From Candidatus Udaeobacter sp. (GTDB lineage: Bacteria > Pseudomonadota > Alphaproteobacteria > Dongiales > Dongiaceae), in NCBI GenBank assembly GCA_035604155.1, contig DATNJA010000240.1, forward strand, positions 3,080 to 67,079: a DNA stretch of 64,000 nt. The letters are read 5' to 3'. Under the pieces are notes generated by a model. The model did not search any database. It was not told the origin of the DNA and worked only from the letters and a program-made list of their open reading frames with translations. Positions 9,017 to 19,811 of the stretch are shown piece by piece (the first letter of the stretch is position 1; each line of letters starts with the position of its first letter). Position numbers and translations under genes: made by a program.

Positions 9017-9934
9017 CTATTCCGCCGGCCGAACGAGGTCGAGCGCCGCATAGATGGTGACCGCCGAGAGCACGATATAGCCGCCGACGATGGCACGGAT
9101 CCCGGGATCCTCGCCGAAAATGAAGAACACCCAGATCGGCGCGCCGATGGATTCGATGATGGACAGCAGCGCGGTCTCCGCGGCAGGAATCAACCTTGCG
9201 CCATAGGTGAACAGGATCATGCCGCCCGCCATCTGCAGCCCGCCGAAGACGGCGAGGGTGGCCAACTCTGCCGCCGGCAGAGGCCAAGGCTGGCGGTGCT
9301 GCATGAACAGCACCGATGCGCTCAGCAGAAAGCCGAACAGCGCGCCAAGACAGGAAGCCGGCAGCATCTGCACCTGGCGCTGGTAGCGGGTGACCACCAC
9401 GGCGGTGGCGTAGAACACGGCGATGCAGAAGCCCAGCAGGTTGCCAAGATAGGAGCCGCCGGCGATCGAGCGGGCCACCATGATGTAGACGCCGAGGAAA
9501 GAAACGAAGATGGCAATCCAGGTGCGCGAATTGACGTGTTCGCGCATGGTGAGGAACGCGAGGAACGCTGCGACGAAGGGCGAGAGGCTTTGCAGGATGA
9601 GGGTGTTGGCGACAGAAGTCAGCATCACCGCCGGAACATAGCTGACCGACGCGCCGCAGAAGCACAGCGCCATGACGATGCCGGGCCAGCCGATCTCGCG
9701 GAATTGGGCGAGGGTTTGCGCGCCCATGCGAATCGTCCCACCGCTGCGAATTACCCCGCCCTTGCGAATCGCAACGAACAGGAACATGGTCGCCGCGGCG
9801 AAAATGGAGCGCCAGAAAATCGTCGTCCACGGATCGGTGTGGACCGCGCGGATGAAGAGTCCGCCGGTGCTCCACCACAAGGCCGCGCCGGCGACCAGAA
9901 GGACGCCCAGCCGGTGGCTGGCACCTGCTTTCAT
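9017..9934 (-). CDS. DMT/EamA-family transporter (tandem paralog)
   Basis: Start at MKAGASHRLGVLLVAGAALWWSTGG (ATG 9934). 305 aa, about 10 TM. The remainder of the 610-aa track ORF is non-protein-like. Confidence 0.85.
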   Translation of the reverse strand: MKAGASHRLGVLLVAGAALWWSTGGLFIRAVHTDPWTTIFWRSIFAAATMFLFVAIRKGGVIRSGGTIRMGAQTLAQFREIGWPGIVMALCFCGASVSYVPAVMLTSVANTLILQSLSPFVAAFLAFLTMREHVNSRTWIAIFVSFLGVYIMVARSIAGGSYLGNLLGFCIAVFYATAVVVTRYQRQVQMLPASCLGALFGFLLSASVLFMQHRQPWPLPAAELATLAVFGGLQMAGGMILFTYGARLIPAAETALLSIIESIGAPIWVFFIFGEDPGIRAIVGGYIVLSAVTIYAALDLVRPAE

Positions 9935-10075
9935 GACCGCGGCAGCGCGACGGGCGTCATGTCCAAATGACCGGATGAGACAGGAGTCATGGAGAATCCG
10001 GAGCGGGGCGGGTGGGCTCGATTCAAGGCATGGGCGAGTCGATCGCTGCGTAGCACGCCCCGCGAGCGACTGTCC

Positions 10076-10912
10076 ATGCGACCAGGCCATCTCCTCGGCC
10101 TGTCGCCCGGCGGATTCCACCGCATTGCCTATGTGATCTGGGGCGAGCCCGGCACGCTGCCGCCGGTCGTCTGCGTCCATGGGCTTACCCGTAACGGCCG
10201 CGACTTCGACCGTCTGGCCGCGGCTCTGGCGACAGCACGCCTGGTGATCGCACCCGATGTCGTCGGCCGAGGCGCCAGCAGTTGGCTCGCCGATGCCGGC
10301 GCCTACGGCTATCCCCAATACTGCGCGGACATGGCGGCGCTGATCGCTCGGCTCGGAGTCGACGAGGTGGACTGGGTCGGGACTTCCATGGGCGGCTTGA
10401 TCGGCATGATGCTGGCGGCGCAGCCCAACTCGCCCATTCGCCGCCTCGTTTTGAACGACGTCGGCTGTCGCATTCCGCGACAGGCGCTGAGGCGCCTGGC
10501 GGGTTATGTCGGCCAGGATCCGGAGTTTGCCGACCCGGCGGGCGTCGAGGCCTATTTGCGCCAAGTCCATGCGCCTTTCGGTCAGCTGGACGACGAGGCC
10601 TGGCACCAGCTTGCGCTGCATGGACACCGGCGCCTGCCCGGTGGTCGCTGCGGCCTCGCCTACGATCCAAAGATCGGCCAGGCCTTCACCGGCACGATCG
10701 CGGCCGACATCGATCTGGCATCGATCTGGGAGAGGGTGCGCTGCCCCGTGCTCCTGCTGCGGGGCGCGGAGTCCGATCTCCTGCTGCCCGAAACAGCGCG
10801 CGCCATGGCTTCGAAGGCCGAGCTGGTGGAGTTTCCGGCTATCGGCCACGCGCCCTCGCTCATGGTGCCGGACCAGATCGAGATCGTCCGTTCATGGCTG
10901 ACCCGAACTTAA
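10076..10912 (+). CDS. Alpha/beta-fold hydrolase
   Basis: Motifs VVCVHGLTRNGRDF and GTSMGG, with a C-terminal His (IGHAP). Start at ATG 10076 preferred; ATG 9989 is possible. Confidence 0.8.
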   Translation: MRPGHLLGLSPGGFHRIAYVIWGEPGTLPPVVCVHGLTRNGRDFDRLAAALATARLVIAPDVVGRGASSWLADAGAYGYPQYCADMAALIARLGVDEVDWVGTSMGGLIGMMLAAQPNSPIRRLVLNDVGCRIPRQALRRLAGYVGQDPEFADPAGVEAYLRQVHAPFGQLDDEAWHQLALHGHRRLPGGRCGLAYDPKIGQAFTGTIAADIDLASIWERVRCPVLLLRGAESDLLLPETARAMASKAELVEFPAIGHAPSLMVPDQIEIVRSWLTRT

Positions 10913-11877
10913 GCTTTCCCAAGTTCCGCAGCCGTTGGCCCTGGTGGGGCCGCGACCTGCAGACGATGCGAAACCTGCTGATGGGCGGCGGCCCCACGCT
11001 CGAGGCTTCCTCTTCGGAGCGGGTCGAGTTCCCCATGCGGGACGGAAGCGGCGATGTGCTGCTCGCCACTATGCAGCGCCCGCGGGAGGCCACGAAGCGC
11101 CCGCTGGTGATCCTGATCCATGGACTGACGGGGTCCGCGGAGAGTTCCTACGTCCGGACAAGCGCCCGCCATCTCCTCGGCCTCGGTTTTCCCGTGCTGC
11201 GCCTCAACCTGCGCGGCGCCGGGCCGACACGCGGGCGCAGTCGCTTTCTCTACCACGCCGGGCGCAGCGAGGATCTGCGCCAGGTGCTCGGCAGCATGGA
11301 TGGCCGCCTTGCCGGCAACGGCCTGTTCCTCGTCGGTTATTCGCTCGGCGGCAATATGCTGTTGAAGTTCCTGGGCGAGGCCGGCCGGCGCGCCATGGTG
11401 CTGGGTGCCGTCAGCATCTCCGCTCCCATCGACCTCGCCGCGGCTCGCCTCGGCATCCAGAGGCGACGCAACCGCATGTACCAGGGCTACCTGCTGACGC
11501 GCCTGAAGGAAGAGTTCGCGGCCTTGCCCATCGAGCCGCCGACGCCGACGGAACTCGAGGGGATCGTCACGATCTACGATTTCGACAATAGGATCGTGGC
11601 GCCGCGCGCCGGCTTCGTCGACGCCGACGACTACTATCGGCGCTGCATGGCGCTCGCGTTCCTGCCGCAGATCGGGATTCCTACCCTGGTGATCCACAGC
11701 CGGGACGATCCCTGGATTCCCTTCGCCGCCTATCGGGAATTCGCCTGGAAGAGCTATCCACGCCTCATGCCGCTGTTCCCGCGGCATGGCGGGCATGTGG
11801 GCTTTCACGGGGCCGGAAGCCTCGTTCCCTGGCACGACCGATGCATGGCCCGGTTCTTCGCCCGCTTGGCCGGGTAG
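10894..11877 (+). CDS. YheT/ABHD1-3-type alpha/beta hydrolase
   Basis: Start at MADPNLSFPKF (ATG 10894, 19-nt overlap with the previous gene). Motifs ILIHGLTGSAESSY and GYSLGGN. The upstream part of the 531-aa track ORF is an alternative frame of the preceding gene. Confidence 0.8.
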   Translation: MADPNLSFPKFRSRWPWWGRDLQTMRNLLMGGGPTLEASSSERVEFPMRDGSGDVLLATMQRPREATKRPLVILIHGLTGSAESSYVRTSARHLLGLGFPVLRLNLRGAGPTRGRSRFLYHAGRSEDLRQVLGSMDGRLAGNGLFLVGYSLGGNMLLKFLGEAGRRAMVLGAVSISAPIDLAAARLGIQRRRNRMYQGYLLTRLKEEFAALPIEPPTPTELEGIVTIYDFDNRIVAPRAGFVDADDYYRRCMALAFLPQIGIPTLVIHSRDDPWIPFAAYREFAWKSYPRLMPLFPRHGGHVGFHGAGSLVPWHDRCMARFFARLAG

Positions 11878-11932
11878 AGCAGGATCGGATCAGCTTAAAT
11901 CGAGCCGAACAGTTCGAGACGATCAGGTCTTA
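11875..11932. repeat. Palindromic intergenic element, copy B (short form, inverted relative to copy A)
   Basis: TAGAGCAGGATCGGATCAGCTT (11875-11896) matches the reverse complement of 2965..2986 at 20 of 22 positions. AGCCGAACAG (11903-11912) and GAGACGATCAGG (11916-11927) match the reverse complement of 2877..2902. Confidence 0.6.
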
Positions 11933-12002
11933 GGGTGCCGGCTCATCCAGAACTTTGCGCCCAGGCCCAGAAATCGCACTGAACGCGGTTACCATTCGGA
12001 TC

Positions 12003-13172
12003 TCAGAAGCTCGATACGCCAAGGTCGAGCCCCAGGACGCTGATCCTGGCGCCGTCGGCATAAGCCATCGTATCGGGCCGCTTGGTGAAAACGATGGCGC
12101 GGCCGATCTCCTTGCTGATGCCTTCGGCCCGGTCGGTCGGCACCCCGATGAAGCTTTCGACCAGCGCCTTGACCTTACCGGGGCTGAAGATGTCGTCCAC
12201 ATAAAACGGTTTCGCATCCGCGCCACGCTGGACTTCGGCAGGCTTTTGCCCGCTGTCGACGACGATCCTGCGGCTCGCCGGATCGAACCGGTCGCCGCTG
12301 GCGAGCAGGTTGAAAGTGAATCCGTCCAGCTTTCCGCTGCTGCCGGCGGCGCGGTAGATGAAGGCAACGGCGCTGTCGCCTTCGACGGTCCAGAGTCCGC
12401 CGTCTGCGGGCACGATCACGGCTGTGGCCTCGTCGATTCCGATGCCGACGCTGTTGCCGGTCGTCGCCAGGGCATATAGGTGCCGGCCGATGAGTCCGCG
12501 GGCGAAGAAATGGGCGTCGATCAGCGGTCCGTCGATGAAATGGAATCCCGGAGCCTGGAAAAGCTTGCCGCTGCCCAGCGCCAACTCGCTGCTGTGCGAG
12601 CCGCACTCGCAGAGCGTAAGCGGCCCCGCGATCATCGCCCCGGCGCTGGTTCCTGCAACGACCGCGCCTTCGCGTTCGAACTTTTCGCGGATGACGGCAA
12701 GGGCGGGGCCGTCTTCCCTGCCTTGCAGCAGGCCGGCCGAGAGCATCCCCGGATTGCCGCCGTCGAGATAAAAACCGGTGCATTGCCGGAGCGCATCAAG
12801 AACGGCCGGGTCGCCGGCGTTGTCGGGCGTAATGTCGAGCACCAGCATCCTGAGGCCACCGATGGCATCAAAGCGCACTTCCGGCGAGGTCGCGCCGTCG
12901 GAAGCCGAATCGATCAGGCAGAGGACGGGATCGGGACCGGAATAGGCGACAACCTGCTGCGTCACGATGGCGGCACCGTGGCCTCCGCCTTCGAGGATCA
13001 GGGTTCCGCGGCCGCGCCTTTGCGGGATCGGCGCCACGGCCAAGCCCAAATGGGCCGGGATGTCATAGATGGGAATTCCGGCGGAGGCCTGGGCAAGTTC
13101 CTCGGCATGGCCCGACACGAAAGACACGGTCGCCGCCGACAGGACGAGGGCGGCCAACGCTGCCAAACGCAT
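12003..13172 (-). CDS. Secreted peptidase S51 (cyanophycinase-like) with extra C-terminal region
   Basis: Signal peptide MRLAALAALVLSAATVSFVSGHA. S51-type motifs ILEGGGH, YLDGGNPG and catalytic-serine context GTSAGAMIAG. About 120 additional C-terminal residues. Confidence 0.72.
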   Translation of the reverse strand: MRLAALAALVLSAATVSFVSGHAEELAQASAGIPIYDIPAHLGLAVAPIPQRRGRGTLILEGGGHGAAIVTQQVVAYSGPDPVLCLIDSASDGATSPEVRFDAIGGLRMLVLDITPDNAGDPAVLDALRQCTGFYLDGGNPGMLSAGLLQGREDGPALAVIREKFEREGAVVAGTSAGAMIAGPLTLCECGSHSSELALGSGKLFQAPGFHFIDGPLIDAHFFARGLIGRHLYALATTGNSVGIGIDEATAVIVPADGGLWTVEGDSAVAFIYRAAGSSGKLDGFTFNLLASGDRFDPASRRIVVDSGQKPAEVQRGADAKPFYVDDIFSPGKVKALVESFIGVPTDRAEGISKEIGRAIVFTKRPDTMAYADGARISVLGLDLGVSSF

Positions 13173-13177
13173 GGGGA

Positions 13178-15344
<2,167 letters not shown>

Positions 15345-15350
15345 GATCGG

Positions 15351-15656
15351 TCAACCTCCCGAGAGTGCCTGCATGACGTAGACCTCGTCGCCGGATACAA
15401 CCGGGGCAGCCAAGTCCGCCTTGTGGCTGTTCAGATAGAGGGTGACGTGCCGGCGCAGGCGCGCCTGGTCGTCCAGGACATAGCTTTTCAGGCGCGGCTG
15501 CTGGGCGAAGACCTGGGCCAAGACCTCGCCGACCGTCCCGCCTGACGCATCGAGGCTGGGGCATGGGAGATGCCGGCGGAGGTTGGGCGTGAAGCTGACG
15601 CGCACCATGAGGCCATCATAAATCGGCCCGCCGGGATCGACAATCCGGAGCGGCAT
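15351..15656 (-). CDS. MoaD/ThiS-like beta-grasp protein ending in Gly-Gly
   Basis: C-terminus ...GDEVYVMQALSGG-stop, size and pattern typical of MoaD/ThiS-family carriers. The internal ATG at 15608 (MVRVSFTPNLRRH, 85 aa) is an alternative start. Confidence 0.7.
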   Translation of the reverse strand: MPLRIVDPGGPIYDGLMVRVSFTPNLRRHLPCPSLDASGGTVGEVLAQVFAQQPRLKSYVLDDQARLRRHVTLYLNSHKADLAAPVVSGDEVYVMQALSGG

Positions 15657-15698
15657 CCCGCAACTTCTCGGTAGATCACGGGCCTGATTGCCCCTACC

Positions 15699-16175
15699 TC
15701 ACGCATCAATTTCGAAGCTTGGCTCGTGGTCAACGCGGAAGGACACGGACCGCGCTATGAAGCACTTCCTCGCCGCGTCGTCATGCAGGCGCCGCGCGGC
15801 TTCCGCGTCCGAACCCGGTGCGAGCTTTACGTGCGGACGCAATGTGACGGACTCGAATTGTCCGGCGCCGTCCGGCTGTTCGATCATCACGCCTGAGGCT
15901 TCGTCGCGGTACTCTTGAACGACGATTTTCGCCTCAGCGCAGAGGTGAAGGTACCAGAGCTGATGGCAGGCCGAGAGCGATGCGACGAGAAGCTCTTCGG
16001 GATTCCATCGTGCCGCATCGCCTCTGAAACTCGGGTCGGATGATCCGGCTATGATCTGCTTGCCCGGCGCACTCAGTTCGTGCGAGCGGGAGTAAGCGCG
16101 ATAGGACGACGTGCCGGAACCCTCATTGCCTTTCCAGTCCAGCCGGACTGAATAGCGGTGACGTTTGTCCGCCAT
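15699..16175 (-). CDS. OsmC/Ohr-family thiol peroxidase
   Basis: Start at MADKRHRYSV (ATG 16175). Two conserved Cys contexts (LSACHQLWY and ARKCFIARS) typical of the OsmC family. Confidence 0.85.
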   Translation of the reverse strand: MADKRHRYSVRLDWKGNEGSGTSSYRAYSRSHELSAPGKQIIAGSSDPSFRGDAARWNPEELLVASLSACHQLWYLHLCAEAKIVVQEYRDEASGVMIEQPDGAGQFESVTLRPHVKLAPGSDAEAARRLHDDAARKCFIARSVSFRVDHEPSFEIDA

Positions 16176-16319
16176 GGCTTGTTCCCCTTGGTGCTGCGCG
16201 TTCTTCGGCTGGTCGCTCCGCCGTTGGCCCAAAGCGCAAGAACTCGCCGGTACTGCACTCAGCCGATGCGGCAAGGGCCCCGGCATGCGGACACCGGAGC
16301 CCTTGTTAGCGCGTCGATA

Positions 16320-17636
16320 TTACTCCGCCGCCTTGGCGAACTGGGCCGATGCCCGAAAGCCCTTGTCCAGATCGGCCAGAATATCGTCGATATGTTCAAG
16401 CCCGACGGCGAGCCGGACATAGTTCTCCGACACGCCCGCGGCCAGCTGTTCCCCAGCATCGAGCTGGGAATGGGTGGTCGTTGCCGGGTGGATCGCGAGG
16501 CTGCGCGCGTCGCCGATATTGGCGACGTGATAGAACAGCTCCAGGGAGTCGATGAACTTCCGTCCGGCTTCGCGCCCGCCCTTGAGCTCGAAGCCGACCA
16601 GCCCGCCATAGCCGCCTTTGAGATAGGCATCGGCTCGCCGGCGCTGCTCGCCCTCCCAAAGGCTCGGATGGATGATCCGTGTGACCTGGGGTTGCTTCTT
16701 CAGGTAGTCGACCACGGCCTGGGTGTTGCGGCTGTGCTCGCGGATGCGCAAGGGCAGGGTCTCCAGCCCCTGGAGGAACAAGAAGGCGTTGAACGGGCTC
16801 ATGGCCGCGCCGAGATCGCGCAGCAGTGTCACCCGGGCCTTGATGATGTAGGCGATGGGTCCTAGCGGCTTCACCGCCTGGGTCCAGACCGCGCCGTGAT
16901 AGCTGGGATCGGGGGTGTTGAGGGACGGGAAGCGCTCGGCATGCTTTTCCCAGTCGAAGTTGCCGCCGTCCACCAGCACGCCGCCGATGGAGTTGCCATG
17001 CCCGCCGATATACTTCGTGGTCGAGTAGACGATGATCGCGGCCCCATGCTCGAACGGCCGGCAGAGAACTGGAGCCGCGGTATTGTCCATGATCAGCGGC
17101 ACGCCCAGCTGCCGGCCGATATCGGCAACTTCCTTGATGGGAAATACGGTGAGCTTCGGGTTCGGCAGGGTCTCGGCGTAGTAGGCCCGGGTCCTGGCGT
17201 CGGTTGCGCGCTCGAAATTCTTCGGGTCGGCGGGATCGACGAAGCGCACTTCGATACCCTGGTCCTTGAGCGTATTGGCGAAAAGATTCCAGGTGCCGCC
17301 GTAAAGATCGGTCGAGCTCACGACGTTGTCGCCGACCCGGGCGATGTTCTGGATCGCGACGGCCGAGGCCGCCTGGCCGGAGGCGAGCCCCAGCGCCGCC
17401 ACGCCGCCCTCGAGCGCCGCGATGCGCTCCTCCAGCACTGCCGTCGTTGGATTCATGATCCGCGTGTAGATGTTCCCCAGCTCCTTGAGGGCGAAGAGAT
17501 TGGCCGCGTGCTCGGTGTTGCGGAACTGATAGGAGGTGGTCTGGTAGATCGGCACCGCGACGGCGCCGGTGGTTGGATCGGCGCGGTGGCCGGCGTGGAG
17601 GACGATGGTTTCCGGGTTCCTGGTCTTGAGCGTCAT
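16320..17636 (-). CDS. metY: O-acetylhomoserine sulfhydrylase (aminocarboxypropyltransferase)
   Basis: 438 aa, Cys/Met-metabolism PLP enzyme family (ETIVLHAG..DPTTGA..PIYQTTSY, STTKYIGGHG with the PLP lysine). Confidence 0.93.
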   Translation of the reverse strand: MTLKTRNPETIVLHAGHRADPTTGAVAVPIYQTTSYQFRNTEHAANLFALKELGNIYTRIMNPTTAVLEERIAALEGGVAALGLASGQAASAVAIQNIARVGDNVVSSTDLYGGTWNLFANTLKDQGIEVRFVDPADPKNFERATDARTRAYYAETLPNPKLTVFPIKEVADIGRQLGVPLIMDNTAAPVLCRPFEHGAAIIVYSTTKYIGGHGNSIGGVLVDGGNFDWEKHAERFPSLNTPDPSYHGAVWTQAVKPLGPIAYIIKARVTLLRDLGAAMSPFNAFLFLQGLETLPLRIREHSRNTQAVVDYLKKQPQVTRIIHPSLWEGEQRRRADAYLKGGYGGLVGFELKGGREAGRKFIDSLELFYHVANIGDARSLAIHPATTTHSQLDAGEQLAAGVSENYVRLAVGLEHIDDILADLDKGFRASAQFAKAAE

Positions 17637-17667
17637 GGTTTTCTCCCTGGCTTGATGTTCTCCGCCC

Positions 17668-18195
17668 TCAGGCCGCGACAGGCCGGCGGCCGGCGTTGTG
17701 CAGAAGGTCGAGTTTCGTCGGCGTGACGTTGCGAAGGATGTCGAGCACCGGGCAATGCATATCGACCGCTTCCTTCAGGCGCAGGATCTCGTCGCTGCTG
17801 GCGGGACTGTCGATCTCAACCACGGCCCGGATATCGCGGAAGCCGGGCCGCACGCCCTCATCGGCCGAGAAGAATCCGCGCAGATCCTGCCTGCCTTCGA
17901 CCTTCACCGACACATGGTCGAGGGGGATGCCGAGCGCCTCGGCGTAGAGCCTGTAGGTGATTTCCTGGCAGGCGCCGAGCGCGGCCAGGACGAGCTCGGC
18001 CGGATTGGGCCCGGCATCGGCCCCGCCCAGGGCCGGCACCTGATCAAGCTTCAGGCGGAAATCACGAATTGCGGCCTCGCTGGTGAGGCCTGCGACCTGA
18101 CGCGTCGAGACGGCGACAGTCGCCAGCGCCTCGCCTGGACGGCGCGCCAGAGCCGATCGGGTGGAGTGGAAAATATCCTTCAGACTCACGGCCAT
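17668..18195 (-). CDS. OsmC-family protein
   Basis: Start at MAVSLKDIF (ATG 18195, preceded by AAGGAGGG). Cys contexts LGACQEITY and VDMHCPVLD. 31 nt upstream of metY. Confidence 0.8.
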   Translation of the reverse strand: MAVSLKDIFHSTRSALARRPGEALATVAVSTRQVAGLTSEAAIRDFRLKLDQVPALGGADAGPNPAELVLAALGACQEITYRLYAEALGIPLDHVSVKVEGRQDLRGFFSADEGVRPGFRDIRAVVEIDSPASSDEILRLKEAVDMHCPVLDILRNVTPTKLDLLHNAGRRPVAA

Positions 18196-18329
18196 CGGGC
18201 CCTCCTTGCAGTTCGGTCTCGTGGGGGGCACACGATGGTTAAGACGCTTTAGCGTTTGATCACGCGGCGCAAGCTGCCCCTCAAATCTCCGCGGGTCCGT
18301 TGCTTTTTCCGGTGGACCGGGCCGGACGA

Positions 18330-18361
18330 CAAAAAAACCGCCACAGCTAAGCTGGGCGGTT
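18330..18361 (-). terminator. Rho-independent terminator (minus strand)
   Basis: On the minus strand: AACCGCC-CAGC-TTA-GCTG-(T)-GGCGGTT followed by a T7 run (plus-strand A-run 18331-18337). It lies about 195 nt downstream of the gcdH stop. Confidence 0.6.
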
Positions 18362-18555
18362 TGCGTCCGTCGCTTTAGCTGCATTTGTTAGGCGCCCGCA
18401 AGCTGGAGGCTCAAATCGGCGCCGCAATTCATGTAGCGGCTCGGTCCGCCGGCGTCAACCCTGAAAGATTTGGGCCGAAAGATCCCGGCCTTGGTTCCTT
18501 GACCTCGCCTGAGGCGATCATGGCGACCGTGGTCGCCGGCGCCAGGCAGGCGAGG

Positions 18556-19770
18556 TCAGGCGCTGAAAGCCTGAATCCCGGTCTGGGCGCGGCCGAGGAT
18601 GAGGGCGTGGACGTCGTGGGTGCCCTCATAGGTGTTTACCGCCTCGAGATTCATCACGTGCCGGATGACGTGAAACTCGTCGGCGATGCCGTTGCCGCCA
18701 TGCATATCGCGTGCCATCCGGGCGATGTCGAGGGCCTTGCCGCAGGAGTTGCGCTTCAGCATCGAGATCATCTCCGGCGTCGAGCGGCCCTCGTCCCGCA
18801 GGCGTCCCAGGCGCAGGCAAGCCTGCAGGCCCAGCGTGATCTCCGTCTGCATGTCGGCGAGCTTTTTCTGGATCAGCTGGTTGGCGGCCAGGGGCCGGCC
18901 GAATTGCTTGCGGTTGAGAGTGTAGTTCCGGGCCGCATGCCAGCAGAACTCCGCCGCGCCGAGCGCGCCCCAGGCGATGCCGTACCGGGCATTGTTGAGG
19001 CAGCCGAAGGGGCCCTTCAGGCCGCTCACATTGGGGAGCAGGTTCTCCTCCGGCACCGCCACGTCTTCCATGACGATCTCGCCGGTGATCGAGGCGCGCA
19101 GCGAGAACTTGCCCTCGATCTTCGGTGCCGAGAGCCCCTTCATCCCCTTCTCCAGGATGAATCCGCGGATGGCGCCGGCATCGTCCTTGGCCCAGACGAT
19201 GAAAACGTCGGCGATAGGCGCGTTGGTAATCCACATCTTGTTGCCCGCGAGCACATAGCCCCCGCCAGCCTTGCGAGCCCGCGTGGTCATGCCGCCGGGG
19301 TCTGAGCCATGGTCGGGCTCGGTCAGTCCGAAGCAGCCGACGATCTCGCCCTTGGCCAGGCGCGGCAGGTATTTCTGGCGCTGGGCCTCGGTGCCGTAGG
19401 CGTGGATGGGATGCATCACCAGGCTCGACTGCACGCTCATGGCCGAGCGGTAGCCGCTGTCCACCCGCTCGACTTCCCGGGCGACGAGCCCGTAGGAGAC
19501 GTAGTTGACCCCGGCGCAGCCGTAGCCTTCGATGGTCGAGCCGAGCAGGCCGAGAGCGCCCAACTCGTTCATGATCTCGCGGTCGAAGCGCTCATGCCGG
19601 TTGGCCGCGATCACCCGGGGCATCAGCTTGTCCTGGCAATACTCCCGTGCCGTGTCGCGCACCAGGCGCTCTTCCTCGCTCAGTTGATCCTCGAGGAGGA
19701 GGGCATCTTCCCATTTGAATTCGGCACGCCCTGCGGAGGCGCCAGGAATCTTGGCCGCGGCTTGGGTCAT
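18556..19770 (-). CDS. gcdH: Glutaryl-CoA dehydrogenase (acyl-CoA dehydrogenase family)
   Basis: Start at [10 protein letters not shown] (ATG 19770). Sequence matches the GCDH pattern ([43 protein letters not shown]). The upstream 212 codons of the track ORF are Arg/Pro-rich noise. Confidence 0.92.
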   Translation of the reverse strand: MTQAAAKIPGASAGRAEFKWEDALLLEDQLSEEERLVRDTAREYCQDKLMPRVIAANRHERFDREIMNELGALGLLGSTIEGYGCAGVNYVSYGLVAREVERVDSGYRSAMSVQSSLVMHPIHAYGTEAQRQKYLPRLAKGEIVGCFGLTEPDHGSDPGGMTTRARKAGGGYVLAGNKMWITNAPIADVFIVWAKDDAGAIRGFILEKGMKGLSAPKIEGKFSLRASITGEIVMEDVAVPEENLLPNVSGLKGPFGCLNNARYGIAWGALGAAEFCWHAARNYTLNRKQFGRPLAANQLIQKKLADMQTEITLGLQACLRLGRLRDEGRSTPEMISMLKRNSCGKALDIARMARDMHGGNGIADEFHVIRHVMNLEAVNTYEGTHDVHALILGRAQTGIQAFSA

Positions 19771-19811
19771 CGTCCAGGTCTCCCGAAACAGGCTTGCGGT
19801 GCCGGCAAAAC

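Noticed and set aside
8130-10849. Track ORFs of 582 and 610 aa suggest giant DMT-fusion proteins.
   Set aside because: Only the C-terminal ~290-305 aa are membrane-protein-like. The N-terminal parts are alternative frames of the neighbouring genes. Internal ATGs at 8999 and 9934 give normal-sized EamA transporters.
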